Shown here: positions 9,693 to 18,710 of the stretch, in pieces
Position numbering within the stretch: the stretch's first letter is position 1
How the letters are laid out: every line of letters begins with the position of its first letter
Assembly: GCA_041288095.1 (NCBI GenBank)
Contig: JBGGMJ010000136.1
Span: 1 to 64,000, forward strand
Length of the DNA: 64,000 nt
Direction of reading: 5' to 3'
Source of the DNA: Myxococcota bacterium
Lineage (GTDB): Bacteria; Myxococcota; XYA12-FULL-58-9; JALHOP01
Position numbers and translations under genes: made by a program
The notes under the pieces: model-generated
What the model saw: the letters and a program-made list of their open reading frames with translations, nothing else
The model's database searches: none
What the model was told of the DNA's origin: nothing

Positions 9693-11006
9693 CTAACGGC
9701 GTGGGCCACTCGGGCGGCGACCGCCGGGACGAGGCCCACTGCCGCTCGATGGAGGCCCACGACGCGGGCCGCGGTCTTCAGACGGAGGCCCCCCGCGCGC
9801 GGGACGCGGACCTCGGCCTTCGGGCGCAGGTCCCCGACGATCGGTTCTCGGCCCGCGGCTATCGGCCCTCGGACCCCGACTATCGGACCTCGGACCCCGG
9901 CTATCGGCTCTCGGCCCCCGGCTATCGACTCGCGGCCCCCGGCTATCGACTCTCGGTCCCCGGCTATCGGCTCTCGGACCTCGGCTATCGACTCGCGGCC
10001 CCCGGCTATCGGCTCGCGGACCCCGACTATCGGTTCGCGGTCCCCGGCTATCACTCCTCGCCCCTCGGCTATCGGACCTCGGCCCACGACTCTCCCCGCT
10101 CCCACTCCTCTCCCGCGGCGCTCCATACCCCCTCGCCTTCTCCTCCCGCCGATACGTCTTCGACGCCGCCCCCTTCGAAAACAACATCTCACTCGTCCGC
10201 GGCCCGCGGCGCTTCGAGAGCAAATCAGCGGCATTGCCCGACCGCCACGCGCGCAACAGCTCGACCTCACCCTCGGTGAGAAATCGCCAGAGCCCCACGT
10301 CCAGATCACCCAGCTCGATGCCGCCAAACTCGGTGCGAATGAGGCGGATCACCTGCGTGCCGATCGCCTCGAACATGCGCTTCACTTGGTGATGGCGCCC
10401 CTCGTGGATCACCACCTCGAGCCACGTATTCGCCGGACTCTCGCGCACCACCGTGACCTCCGCTGGAGCAGTCGGCCGCGACGTCCTGCCGTCTTCTTCG
10501 CGCAGGCGCACACCACGGCGCAGGCGGTCGAGCTGACGCTGCTCGGGCCGTCCCTTCACCTTCACCACGTACGTCTTCGGTACGTGAAAGCGCGGGTGCA
10601 ACAAGTCGTTCGACAGCGCCCCGTCGTTGGTCAGCACGAGGAGACCCTCGGCGTCGAAGTCCAGGCGCCCCACCGGAAACACGCGCGGCATGTTGCCTTC
10701 GAAGCTCTTGCGGCCGGTGGCGCGGCTCATCTCGATCACGTCGATGACCGTCTGCCGCTTTTCCGGATCCTTGAGCGTCGTCACCACGTGGATGGGCTTG
10801 TGCAGCGCCATGTAGACGAGCGGCTCCGCGCTGACGACTCCGTAGCCATCGACCTCGATGGTGTCGTTCTCCGGATCGGCCTTGGCGCCGAGCTCGCTCA
10901 CGACCTCTCCGTTAACGCGGACACGGCCTTCGCTGATGTACTTCTCGGCGGCGCGCCGCGAGGCGATGCCCGCTTGGGCCAGGATCTTCTGTAAACGCTC
11001 TTCCAT
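9693..11006 (-). CDS. rluB: rRNA pseudouridine synthase RluB/RsuA family with Arg/Gly-rich repeat tail
   Basis: S4 domain ERLQKILAQAGIASRR, catalytic VGRLD, EGRHHQVKRM; directly downstream of scpB. Confidence 0.9.
   Translation of the reverse strand: MEERLQKILAQAGIASRRAAEKYISEGRVRVNGEVVSELGAKADPENDTIEVDGYGVVSAEPLVYMALHKPIHVVTTLKDPEKRQTVIDVIEMSRATGRKSFEGNMPRVFPVGRLDFDAEGLLVLTNDGALSNDLLHPRFHVPKTYVVKVKGRPEQRQLDRLRRGVRLREEDGRTSRPTAPAEVTVVRESPANTWLEVVIHEGRHHQVKRMFEAIGTQVIRLIRTEFGGIELGDLDVGLWRFLTEGEVELLRAWRSGNAADLLSKRRGPRTSEMLFSKGAASKTYRREEKARGYGAPRERSGSGESRGPRSDSRGARSDSRGPRTDSRGPRADSRGPRVDSRGPRADSRGPRVDSRGPRVDSRGPRADSRGPRSDSRGPRADSRGPRTDRRGPAPEGRGPRPARGGPPSEDRGPRRGPPSSGSGPRPGGRRPSGPRR
9829..10090 (-). 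repeat. coding tandem repeat, 21-bp unit, about 12 copies (R[ASVT]DSRGP)
   Basis: recurring ggctatcg(g/a)ctc units on plus; translated RxDSRGP heptads in the RluB tail. Confidence 0.92.
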
Positions 11007-11999
11007 TTAGGTGCCGGTCTCCCGTTCGGCGACGACTGGTTCCGCGGGGTTCTCGGCGGCCGGGTCGATGCTGATGCCTTGGCTTGCGAAAGCATCGCGC
11101 GTCTTGGTCTCGGTTGCGTCCAGGCCCAACACCGCCTCGTCGAGCGCTTGTACAGCGGGTTCCTCGTCGAGGCGTAGTTTCTTGGCGTTGCGGCTCAGGT
11201 CATCCAGCGTCGGCATCTCGCCCAACGTCTGGGTGATCTCTTCCTGCGACTCTTCGGTCAGCTCACTGAACTCACGCAGCGACGGTAGCTGTCCCAGGGA
11301 CGCAAGATTGAAGAAGCTCAAGAACTCCTTCGTGGTGCCGTAGAGCATCGGGCGGCCGGGCTCTTCGCGCTTGCCGACGATCCGCACGAGGTTGCGGTCG
11401 AGCAGCAGACGAATGGTCGCGCCGCAGTCGACGCCGCGGATGTGATCGATCTCCGGCTTCGTGGCCGGCTGGCGATAAGCGATGATGGCCAGGGTCTCGA
11501 GCGCCGGGCGCGACATGCGCACGGGCCGTTGCTCGGTCGTGGAACGCAGGTAGCTCGCCCATTTCGCGTTCGAGCGGAACGTCCAGCCGTCAGCGACCTC
11601 GGCGAGATTGAAGCCGCGCGTCTCGGCGTCGACGGCCCAGCGCTTCTTGAGCAGCTTGAGCGCGTCCTTGACGAGGGCCAACTTGTGGGCGCGGACCGTC
11701 TCGTGATCCTCGGCCCAGGTGCGCTCCATCACCTTCTTGATGTCGCCGAGCGTCACCGGCTCGCCGGCCGCGAAGATGATCGCCTCCACGGCATCGACGA
11801 AGTCTTCCGCGCGAATGTCGTCGAGGTTCGGTAGCTCGAGCTGGACGGCCTCGCCCGCCGGTGCTTCCTCGACCTCGGCCTCCAGCTCGGCTGCGGGATC
11901 GTCGGACGCCTCGGCGGCCGCTTCGGCCTCGGACACTTTCACTTCCGCGTCGCCGTTCTCGGCGATGTTCGCGGACTCATCCAGCGTATTGCGATTCAT
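11007..11999 (-). CDS. scpB: SMC-Scp complex subunit ScpB
   Basis: VEAIIFAAGEP, ALETLAIIAYRQP, IRGVD, PGRPMLYGTTKEFL; acidic N- and C-terminal extensions. Confidence 0.93.
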   Translation of the reverse strand: MNRNTLDESANIAENGDAEVKVSEAEAAAEASDDPAAELEAEVEEAPAGEAVQLELPNLDDIRAEDFVDAVEAIIFAAGEPVTLGDIKKVMERTWAEDHETVRAHKLALVKDALKLLKKRWAVDAETRGFNLAEVADGWTFRSNAKWASYLRSTTEQRPVRMSRPALETLAIIAYRQPATKPEIDHIRGVDCGATIRLLLDRNLVRIVGKREEPGRPMLYGTTKEFLSFFNLASLGQLPSLREFSELTEESQEEITQTLGEMPTLDDLSRNAKKLRLDEEPAVQALDEAVLGLDATETKTRDAFASQGISIDPAAENPAEPVVAERETGT

Positions 12000-14457
12000 C
12001 CAGACCCTCGAGGCGCGCGAACGCCAAGCTCACGTCATCGAACTTCGGGTGCACGTAGATCACCCCGTCTTCGTTTTGGAAGATGCGCAGCAGCTTGAGC
12101 TTGCCCATCTCGAGTAGCGCCAGGAACGTCACGACGATGTCGATGCGGCGCCTCGCGTCTTCGAGCAGGGCTTCGAAGCGCATCGGCTCCTGGCTCTCGA
12201 AGCGCTGCACCAACGTGCGGATACGCTGACGTACCGAGACCTGCTCGAGCATGACCTGGTGGCGAACCTCCGGCTTCTGCCGATCGAGGCAGCTCTGGAA
12301 GGCTTTCACCAAGGCAAACAAACCGACTTCCTTGAGCGGCGCTTCGCCTTCCGGCGGCGGCGTGGGCTCGGCGTCGCGGCCGAACGTGTCGCGGCCGAAG
12401 CGATCGAGCAGACCGAAGCGTTCCGCGACGTCTTTGTACTTCTGGTACTCGAGGAGGCGGCGCACCAGCTCGGCGCGTGGATCGATCTCTTCCTCGTCGG
12501 CCGTCTCGCCTTCCGGACGTGGCAAGAGCATGCGCGACTTCAGCTGCAAGAGCTCAGCCGCCATGAAGAGGAACTCGGACGCGACGTCGATGTCCACGTC
12601 CTCCATCGCCTTCAAATACTCGAGGTAGCGCTCACAGATGAACGCGATGGGGATATCGAAGACGTCGAGATGATGGCGCCTGATGAGATGCAGCAGCAGG
12701 TCGAGAGGGCCTTCGAAGCCGTCGAGCTGGAGCTGATAGATCGCGTGCATGCTCTCGGGAGTGGCGACGTAGTCCGTCGGCGTCTCCACCTTGGGGATCG
12801 GATTGCGGAAGGACGGCGTCGGTGCTTGCGGCTCTTCCTCGGCGGCCGTGGCCGTGGCGACGACATCGGCCATGGCGGCGGCTGCGAGCGCATCGGCGTC
12901 CGCTGGCATCTCACCCAGAGCATCCGTGGCGGCTGCGAGGGTGTCGGCCGCGGCCATCGTCTCCTCGACCGCGGTGGTCACGGCGTCGATGGTGGCTTCG
13001 TCGGAGAGTGACGCGGGCTCGAGCACGGGCTCGGGTGATGGCTCGTCAGTGGCCATCGCCGCCACTTCGGGAGGCAGCGGCTCCTCGACCGCCATGGCGG
13101 CCACCTCGGGGGGAACCGGTGCCCCTTCAGCCATCGCCTCATCGGCCGCTCGGCTCTCGGCGATCGGCTGCTCGGCAATCGCCTCGTCGGCCAATCGCTC
13201 CTCACCCTCCGCCGCCATCGCGTACTCGTAATACGGATCCGCCATCACCGGCGGGGGCGACCAAGGCTCATCCTCGATGCGCTCGTCCTCATCGACGACG
13301 GGCTTCGCCTCGGCCATCTCTTCGACGGCTCCGGGATGATTGGTCGCGAACGCGGTGTTGGCGTCCTCCGCTTGCGCCATCGCGGCCTCGAGCTCGGACT
13401 CGATCTCGGCGTCGCCATCGATGACGGGCTCGGCGATAACGGGCTCTTCCGCGACCGGCTCTTCCAAGACAGACGCCAACGCCACCGGCTCGACCACAAC
13501 GTCCGCCGCGGCGGTCACCGCTTCTCCAGCAACCGCCTCGACAGCGGTCATGTGCACCGACTCGGCCATTGCCCAGGCCGCGTCCGCGACCATCTTGCCC
13601 TCGTCGGACGCATCCGTCGCTGACGTCTCTTCGGTGACGACCGGAGCCTCGTCCGCCGCCACCAGCTCCTCGTCCGCGGCCATGACCGCTTCGACGCTGG
13701 GCTCGACGATACTCGCGACCACGCCCTCAGGCGCCTCGGTTTCCGGCAATGCGACCGGCGCCGCTTCGTGCTCGGCGGGGACATCCACCGCGGGCGCAAG
13801 CTCGTAGCCCGCCGCGGCCAACACCTCCGGCGCGGGCGCGACAGGCTCGTCGGCAACCTCGGGCTCCGCGGCCGCCATCTGCTCCGCCAGCAACTGCTCG
13901 ACGATCTGCTGCCGAACCGTCGGCTCTTCGACGAGCAGCTCCGGCTCGACCGCTATCACGGACTCGGGCGGCGCCAACGGCAAGTCGCCCATGTGCATGA
14001 ACATGTCGACGCGCGCGATGAGATCGGCGACAGCGGTGTCTTCGAGCGGCGTCGTGGGTGCGACCGGCGCCTTCGGCTCTTCAGCCTTGGCCTCGACCCG
14101 AGGTGCAATCGGTGTCGGGCGCGGCGCCGCGAGCTTCGCCTTGGGCTCGCGTCCGTATTTGGGCGCCTTGTATGCCGGGGCCTCCACCGGCGCCGGCTCG
14201 GGAGGCGGCGCGGCAGGGGCCGGGCGGCGCGGCGCGTCTGGTGCCGCGGCGGTCACGCTGGGCTCCGCCGCGAGCGCGGCTCGGATCTCCTCGAACTCGA
14301 GGTCTATGACCTCACGGGTGACCGCGGGCGAAGGTGCGTCTGGGCGTGGAGGCGCGAGCTGCACCTCGGTGCGCCCGGGGGTTGGTAGCAACCACCGCCA
14401 AACGCGTCGCAGGACGCCCGAGAAACGGGCGAAAAATCGGCCGAGCTTGCGCTTCAC
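11977..14457 (-). CDS. scpA: segregation/condensation kleisin ScpA with very long acidic N-terminal extension (start uncertain)
   Basis: C-terminal about 250 aa: FEGPLDLLLHLI, FLFMAAELLQLKSRMLLP, DPRAELVRRLLEY, VVTFLALLEM. Confidence 0.88.
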   Translation of the reverse strand: MKRKLGRFFARFSGVLRRVWRWLLPTPGRTEVQLAPPRPDAPSPAVTREVIDLEFEEIRAALAAEPSVTAAAPDAPRRPAPAAPPPEPAPVEAPAYKAPKYGREPKAKLAAPRPTPIAPRVEAKAEEPKAPVAPTTPLEDTAVADLIARVDMFMHMGDLPLAPPESVIAVEPELLVEEPTVRQQIVEQLLAEQMAAAEPEVADEPVAPAPEVLAAAGYELAPAVDVPAEHEAAPVALPETEAPEGVVASIVEPSVEAVMAADEELVAADEAPVVTEETSATDASDEGKMVADAAWAMAESVHMTAVEAVAGEAVTAAADVVVEPVALASVLEEPVAEEPVIAEPVIDGDAEIESELEAAMAQAEDANTAFATNHPGAVEEMAEAKPVVDEDERIEDEPWSPPPVMADPYYEYAMAAEGEERLADEAIAEQPIAESRAADEAMAEGAPVPPEVAAMAVEEPLPPEVAAMATDEPSPEPVLEPASLSDEATIDAVTTAVEETMAAADTLAAATDALGEMPADADALAAAAMADVVATATAAEEEPQAPTPSFRNPIPKVETPTDYVATPESMHAIYQLQLDGFEGPLDLLLHLIRRHHLDVFDIPIAFICERYLEYLKAMEDVDIDVASEFLFMAAELLQLKSRMLLPRPEGETADEEEIDPRAELVRRLLEYQKYKDVAERFGLLDRFGRDTFGRDAEPTPPPEGEAPLKEVGLFALVKAFQSCLDRQKPEVRHQVMLEQVSVRQRIRTLVQRFESQEPMRFEALLEDARRRIDIVVTFLALLEMGKLKLLRIFQNEDGVIYVHPKFDDVSLAFARLEGLDESQYAG

Positions 14458-14533
14458 GGAACCTCTGGCTCGCGGAGCTTCGCGAGACCCTGCTCATTAC
14501 CTCGGGGGTCCGACAACACGCGCCACGACCCCT

Positions 14534-15178
14534 CTAGGCAAGACCGGTCAGCGTCGCGACGCCTTGAATGAGCGCCTCGATCGGACCGCGCAGAAAACGC
14601 CCGGCGACGAAGAACAATGGGAGCAGCAAGAAGCTGCCGAACTGAGTCATCACCGCGTCGTAGCGCTCGGCCATCGCGCGCGGCAGCAGGCCGGAAAGAA
14701 CCTTCTGCCCGTCGAGCGGATGGATCGGGATCATGTTGAACAAGAACAGGCCCGCGTTCATCGTCATCATGGCGATGAACAGTTGGTCGAAGGCCTCGGG
14801 CAAGGCATAGAAGCGACGCGAGGCAGCCAAGACCAAGGCCGCGCCGACCAACATGAAAAAGTTGGAGAGCGGCCCAGCGAACGCGACCAACATGGCGCCG
14901 TTGCGCATGGTGATGTCGCGGCGAAAGCGCGATGGCTCGAACGGCACCGGCTTCGCCCACGCGAAATACGGCCGGCCGGTCGTGAAGATCAGCATGATCG
15001 GTAAGAGCAACGAGCCAATGGGATCGATATGCGACAGCGGGTTGAGGTTGAGCCGCCCGAGCTTCTCCGCGGTGTCGTCGCCCAGCTTCTTTGCCGCCCA
15101 GGCGTGCGCGTACTCGTGCACCGTGAGCGACAAGATGAGCGGGACCAAATAGAAGACCGACTTCGACAACACGTCCAT
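14534..15178 (-). CDS. site-2 protease family (M50) membrane peptidase
   Basis: HEYAH, GDDTA..GRLNLNPLSHIDPIG, AGPLSN, FNMIPIHPLDG. Confidence 0.92.
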   Translation of the reverse strand: MDVLSKSVFYLVPLILSLTVHEYAHAWAAKKLGDDTAEKLGRLNLNPLSHIDPIGSLLLPIMLIFTTGRPYFAWAKPVPFEPSRFRRDITMRNGAMLVAFAGPLSNFFMLVGAALVLAASRRFYALPEAFDQLFIAMMTMNAGLFLFNMIPIHPLDGQKVLSGLLPRAMAERYDAVMTQFGSFLLLPLFFVAGRFLRGPIEALIQGVATLTGLA

Positions 15179-15213
15179 GGGGGCTTCTCGCCTACTCTCC
15201 GGGCCCTAATAAA

Positions 15214-15240
15214 GCAACGGTAGCGGCCGTTTGCCGATGA
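15214..15240 (+). promoter_or_regulatory. sigma-28-like promoter motif
   Basis: GCAA-cggtagcggccgttt(15)-GCCGATGA, 7 nt before GTG 15248. Confidence 0.6.
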
Positions 15241-15247
15241 TGAGGAC

Positions 15248-16291
15248 GTGGAAGTCGACAATCACCGGCGGGTCGCCGCCAAGGTTCTCACGCAGGGCCC
15301 AGCCAACGCCCAGCTAGACCTCGCGAGCGCCGTAAGCCCCCCCCCGATGTGGCGAGCCGTGAGCATCCCCGACTCCCGCGCCCTCGCGACCGCCCGCCCC
15401 GAAGAGCTCGAGAGCTTCGGCTGCCGAGGCAAGGTCGCTATCGCCAACAAGGACCAGATCCTCGACGATATCTGGCACAAGCTCGGCGGCAAGCCCCGGT
15501 TCATCTACGGCCTCGCCGAGGTGGGCAGCGACTACGGCCACGCTTTCTGCGCCTTCGAGATGGAGAATCCGAAGACCGGCAAGCACGAATTCATGGTGCC
15601 GAACATCGTCGGAGTGCCCGGCTCGAAGATGGTCCAATGGATCTCGCTCACCGAGTACCTCTTCGGCGTCAACGACTTCAAAGATGCCAATCGCCAGCGC
15701 GGTTTTTACAATCGCCCTTACACCCTGGTCGCGCTCAACGACCCGAAGATCGACGTCGACGCCTGCCGCGACTACTTCCTCGACCTCGCAAAGCGCCACC
15801 AAGCCGGGACGGCGAAGTTCTCGCTGGTGCTGCCGCGCATCCGCAACGTCCTGCGCGCGCCGCTGCACGCCCTCGGCCTGCCCTACTGTGAATACGGCAA
15901 CTGCGCCCGGTGGAACTTTGAGGCCATGAAAGCGGCGAAGATCTTCCCCAGCGAGATCCACCTCGGAAACTTCTTCACGCACAACACCATGTGGCCCAAG
16001 CGCACCGCCGTTCGCTTGCTCGACGGCCTGTCGCACGTGGCGCGCGACGATGTCCGAGTCGTCCATCTCGAGCGCCCGCCGCATGCCCAGCTCAGCGCGA
16101 AGGGTAAGAGCGAAGGTCGCACCTACGTGAACGTCTTCACCCGCATCGCCGATCTCTTCGGCATCGTGACCGCCCGCGGCCGCCACTACGCGCACCTCTC
16201 CGAGCTCGCGCACGTGCGCGTCCACGTGCCCAAGGACACCATCACCGCGCACACCGAGACCCGTACCCCCAAAGCGCTAGCGGCGGCCTAA
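15248..16291 (+). CDS. hypothetical protein, possible circularly permuted papain-like (His-before-Cys) hydrolase
   Basis: 347-aa ORF with GC3-rich codons; YGHAF near the N-terminus and YGNCARW later; function is inference. Confidence 0.65.
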   Translation: MEVDNHRRVAAKVLTQGPANAQLDLASAVSPPPMWRAVSIPDSRALATARPEELESFGCRGKVAIANKDQILDDIWHKLGGKPRFIYGLAEVGSDYGHAFCAFEMENPKTGKHEFMVPNIVGVPGSKMVQWISLTEYLFGVNDFKDANRQRGFYNRPYTLVALNDPKIDVDACRDYFLDLAKRHQAGTAKFSLVLPRIRNVLRAPLHALGLPYCEYGNCARWNFEAMKAAKIFPSEIHLGNFFTHNTMWPKRTAVRLLDGLSHVARDDVRVVHLERPPHAQLSAKGKSEGRTYVNVFTRIADLFGIVTARGRHYAHLSELAHVRVHVPKDTITAHTETRTPKALAAA

Positions 16292-17197
16292 CGGATGGTG
16301 TTTGTCGACCGCGGCGCGCAGCGCGTCGCTCTCGACGTGCGTGTAGATCTCCGTCGTCGAGATATCCGCGTGCCCGAGCATCTCTTGCACCGCGCGCAGA
16401 TCGGCCCCGCCCTGGAGCAGGTGCGTCGCGAAGGCGTGACGCAATTTATGAGGAGAAAGCTTCCGCGTAATCCCGGCGACCTTTGCGTAACGTCGAACGA
16501 TTTTGAACAGAGCCATCCGCGACAGCGGTTTGCCGGCGTTGCCGATGAAGACGTAGTCCGAGGGCCTCCCCTTGAGCAGACGTGGGCGTCCGTTGGCGAG
16601 ATAGTCGTTGATCGCCGCGAGGGCTGGCTTGCCTACCGGCACCACCCGCTCCTTGGAGCCCTTGCCGGTCGGCCGGACCACGCCGAGCTGGGTGTGCAGC
16701 TCATCGAGGCGCAAGCGACAGAGCTCACTCGCGCGTAGGCCGGCAGCGTAAAGCAGCTCGAGCGCCGCCCGATCGCGGAGGAAGCGCGCGGTGACGGACG
16801 TCGCGCCGCTGGCGGCTGGACGCGCTCCCGGCGCCTCGACGAGGCGCACCATTTCCTGGCGGCTGGGAACCACCGGCAATGGCCGGCGCCGCTTCGGCCC
16901 CGTGAGCTCGGCGACCGGATTGGTGGCGATCTCTCCCTCACGCACGAGGAAAGCAAACAGCTGCCGCGCCGCCGACAAGGCGCGCCCTTGCGAAGCTGGG
17001 CTCTTTCCCGTGCCCGCGAGGCTCCGGAGCCAGCGCGTCAGATGAACGGCTCGGGCATCGGCGGCGTCGTGGACGTCGCTTGCCGCGAGGCTCGCGATCA
17101 GCCCGCGGAGGTCACGCTGGTAGGCCTCGACGGTGTGCGGCGACAGATTGCGCTCGACCCGCAGGACCTCGAGATAGCGCTCGACGCAAGCTTCCAC
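16277..17197 (-). CDS. xerD: tyrosine recombinase XerD
   Basis: VERNLSPHTVEAYQRDL, LYAAGLRASEL, GKGSKERVVP, SPHKLRHAFATHLL, QEMLGHADISTTEIYTHV. Confidence 0.92.
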   Translation of the reverse strand: MEACVERYLEVLRVERNLSPHTVEAYQRDLRGLIASLAASDVHDAADARAVHLTRWLRSLAGTGKSPASQGRALSAARQLFAFLVREGEIATNPVAELTGPKRRRPLPVVPSRQEMVRLVEAPGARPAASGATSVTARFLRDRAALELLYAAGLRASELCRLRLDELHTQLGVVRPTGKGSKERVVPVGKPALAAINDYLANGRPRLLKGRPSDYVFIGNAGKPLSRMALFKIVRRYAKVAGITRKLSPHKLRHAFATHLLQGGADLRAVQEMLGHADISTTEIYTHVESDALRAAVDKHHPLGRR

Positions 17198-17242
17198 GAC
17201 ACGATCTTAACGCCACCGCCCGACAGGCGGTAATAGTTGGTC

Positions 17243-17803
17243 ATGTCGTCCTTGCGCGATCAGGTCCAGCTCCTCCACCAGGACAACGCGCCCACGACCT
17301 TCCTGGATGCGTTGCGCTTGGTGCGAAACGTCAAATCGCTCGACGCCGAGGACCTGCAAGCACTGATGGAGCTGCACGACGCCGCGACCACGACCGACGG
17401 CGCCCGCGAGGTGCTCGCCGATTTCCTTCGCGGTAGAGCGCAGAGCATGGCGCACGAGCGCAACCAAGCGGACCGCACCCTCACCATTCTCGACAGCGGC
17501 AAGACGGTGCGCGGCCGCAAAGGCGGCTCCATCAGAGTGCATCTCGAGACCCGCTCCCACCGCGGCGGCATCTGGGAAGTGATGAGCAAAACCGACAACA
17601 TCACTTGGGAATTCGTCGGCCTCGACGACGAGCGGCGCTACACGATGGGCGAGATCAAGCTGGAGAAGCGCGGCACCGCGCGCATCGAGCTCATGGAAGT
17701 GCTGGCCCCACCCAAGAAGAGCCACGCGCGCTCGCAGAGGCCCACCGACGAGGTGCGCGTCTTCAACCTCGAAATCGCCATCGAAGGCGCGGCGAAAACC
17801 TAG
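17243..17803 (+). CDS. hypothetical protein; C-terminal half weakly chagasin/I42-like Ig fold
   Basis: ORF with GC3-rich codons; DSGKTVRGRKGGSIRVHLE..GGIWEV..GTARIEL..FNLEIAI pattern. Confidence 0.6.
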   Translation: MSSLRDQVQLLHQDNAPTTFLDALRLVRNVKSLDAEDLQALMELHDAATTTDGAREVLADFLRGRAQSMAHERNQADRTLTILDSGKTVRGRKGGSIRVHLETRSHRGGIWEVMSKTDNITWEFVGLDDERRYTMGEIKLEKRGTARIELMEVLAPPKKSHARSQRPTDEVRVFNLEIAIEGAAKT

Positions 17804-18246
17804 CGCCGCCGCCGGGCCTTGCGAGGCCTGGGCGCATCCTCGCCGTCCTCGTCGTCGTCATCATCGACCACGGGCACACTGCCGCGCATCGTCTTCGTCT
17901 TGAGCGAGACACCCGTGTCTTCGTCGACGAAGCGCAGCTCGGCCTTCACTTCGACACGCATCCCGGAGAGCGCCTTGCGCATGGCGCCGCCGATGTCGAG
18001 GTTGCCGAGGAAGCCTTTCACCTCGTCGGAGACCATGCGGTAGAGCTCGCGCCGCGTGCGCTCGGTCTGCTGCGCGAGGAACGCTATAGCGTCCTTGGGC
18101 AAGCGCATGTCCGAGACCGCGTTGCGAATACCCTCTTCGGTCATGAGCACCGCCGAGAGGCCGCCGACCACCGCCTTGCGGATCGAGTCGGGCAAGCGGC
18201 TGCGCGACTCACTGCCACCCTTCGGATTGTCGTCGTCGTAGATCAT
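17800..18246 (-). CDS. hypothetical protein
   Basis: 148-aa ORF overlapping its upstream gene by 4 nt (ATGA); LMTEEGIRNAVSDMRLPKDAIAFL. Confidence 0.75.
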   Translation of the reverse strand: MIYDDDNPKGGSESRSRLPDSIRKAVVGGLSAVLMTEEGIRNAVSDMRLPKDAIAFLAQQTERTRRELYRMVSDEVKGFLGNLDIGGAMRKALSGMRVEVKAELRFVDEDTGVSLKTKTMRGSVPVVDDDDDEDGEDAPRPRKARRRR

Positions 18247-18710
18247 AGGCGGTTCACCTCGAACGCGAGAGACAGTCCATAACAGTTGCTACGCAACGAC
18301 GCCCCATCAACCAGTTGCAGACCCAAATCGACATCGGTGCCGTCTTCCACGTCGTCGTCGAAGCGCAGCGGCACAGTCAACGTTCCGTCGACGGAGCCTT
18401 CATCTAGAGCGCTCAGCTTGAACGCCGGCAAGAGCGCCTGTGTGGCCGCGCTCTCTCCTTCGCTCCCCAGATAGAATACCACCGAGCCACCGGAAAGATC
18501 GGCGTTGGCGTCGTGAAACGTCAGCGCCAGGACGAGCGTCCACGGGTCCTGCGCCAGCTGCGTGGGTAAAGACACCTCGACGATGCGCGGAGCTTCCGGC
18601 TGGTCCGAGACGGCGACCTGGTCGCCACAAGCGAGCGGTTTGTCGCATGCCACGCCCGAAAGCGCCGTCACCAGGGCGATTGCGCCGAGCGCCGGCCTAC
18701 CTGCGTGCAT
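18243..18710 (-). CDS. hypothetical lipoprotein
   Basis: lipobox-like LVTALSGVAC; operonic overlap with both neighbours. Confidence 0.65.
   Translation of the reverse strand: MHAGRPALGAIALVTALSGVACDKPLACGDQVAVSDQPEAPRIVEVSLPTQLAQDPWTLVLALTFHDANADLSGGSVVFYLGSEGESAATQALLPAFKLSALDEGSVDGTLTVPLRFDDDVEDGTDVDLGLQLVDGASLRSNCYGLSLAFEVNRL

Noticed and set aside
9829..10090. Repeat array as a CRISPR or as clustered GCCGATAG promoter boxes
   Set aside because: Units are contiguous 21-mers with no unique spacers, in frame within rluB, and no cas genes are present; the CCGATA matches come from Ala-Asp-Ser codons.
16277..17197. Tyrosine recombinase as a prophage or island integrase
   Set aside because: Sequence and context fit chromosomal XerD; no att repeats or mobile cargo seen.
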